Below are positions 63,296-64,000 of a DNA stretch of 64,000 nucleotides, one piece after another (position 1 is the first letter of the stretch; each line of letters begins with the position of its first letter). Source of the stretch: Hamiltosporidium tvaerminnensis FI-OER-3-3 (taxonomy: Eukaryota; Fungi; Microsporidia); NCBI GenBank assembly GCA_022605425.2, contig CM061246.1, forward strand, positions 744,001 to 808,000, written 5' to 3'. The notes beneath the pieces were generated by a model that was not told the origin of the DNA, searched no databases, and worked only from the letters and a program-made list of their open reading frames with translations. The translations under genes were made by a program, and so were the position numbers.

Positions 63296-64000
63296 GGCTA
63301 CTCATACGAAATGGTATTTCTTTGACTATTTAAATTATAATTTGCATATTCCCTATTATATTACAGTTTCTATATTAAAAATAAGAAAAATAATAGAATG
63401 TTGATAGATCATCAATAGGTTCTAAATTATAAATGCATCAGATTAAAAATTATTTAATACTTTGTAATTTTCTTTCTTGCTTTTGTTTGCTTTATTTTAC
63501 ATCTTTTCTTGTTTTATTTGGCTCGTTCCTTAATATTTTGAGTCGGTATTTGTATTTCGAAGAAGAGAGAGAATAACTGCATGGAAAACTATCTGCTTAG
63601 AAATAAGCGTAATTTGTGTGTAAATCATTGTCTAAATTTGAGTAGAATATCAACTACATTTAATCTACAGGCTAATTCCTTATAATCCTGAATTACAATA
63701 AATTAAAGAAACGAATGGAAAAATAAAGGACTGTCTCAAACCGATTGACCCGGTGTGCAATCAGACCATGAATTATGGAACAAAAAAGTATGAGGTTATT
63801 GATGGAGACAATAGAGGAACCTGTGAATGTTGAAATGGGTGGATCTCTTAAACCGGCTTTTTGTGAAAGCGATCAAGCCCGGGAAATGCTAAACTGTGAC
63901 CAGCTTGAGAATATTTTGCCCTTCGTTTTTTCATCTTTAACAACAGAAATAGAAGAGAACCGGAATAGCAAATTAAGGTTTTGATTTCGATCATTTTATC

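Noticed and set aside
63775-63984. 69-aa ORF at the window end
   Set aside because: It has no motif and is flanked by stops in coding-like sequence. It is probably the start of a decayed element continuing outside the window.

Overview
Very AT-rich, intron-free eukaryotic DNA that looks microsporidian: compact genes, several with a CCC-type motif just upstream of the ATG, in a large TE-rich genome. Housekeeping genes are two RhoGAPs, a PP4/PP6-like phosphatase with a Cys-rich insert, a PIN-domain nuclease, DPH1, an ATM1-like ABC half-transporter with a degenerate ATPase domain, and phosphopantetheine adenylyltransferase. There are also several orphan secreted or membrane proteins. The intergenic space holds a decayed Helitron, a near full-length restriction-like-endonuclease (RLE) non-LTR retrotransposon with about ten remnants of graded age, Ty3/Gypsy remnants, and small RTE-type non-autonomous retroposons, one starting with a degenerate twister-ribozyme-like sequence. 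A ~6.35 kb unit carrying a 361-aa orphan gene occurs twice in tandem (16.3-29.0 kb) and once inverted (48.4-54.9 kb), where it is bounded by the 3' ends of two RLE retrotransposons. The most unusual signal is an unannotated ~660-nt, GC-elevated, non-coding repeat in 10 copies (about six diverged types). The copies share one terminus resembling a tRNA-Ala primer-binding site and show UUCG/GNRA hairpins with compensatory changes. All alignments were done by eye, so remnant boundaries are approximate.
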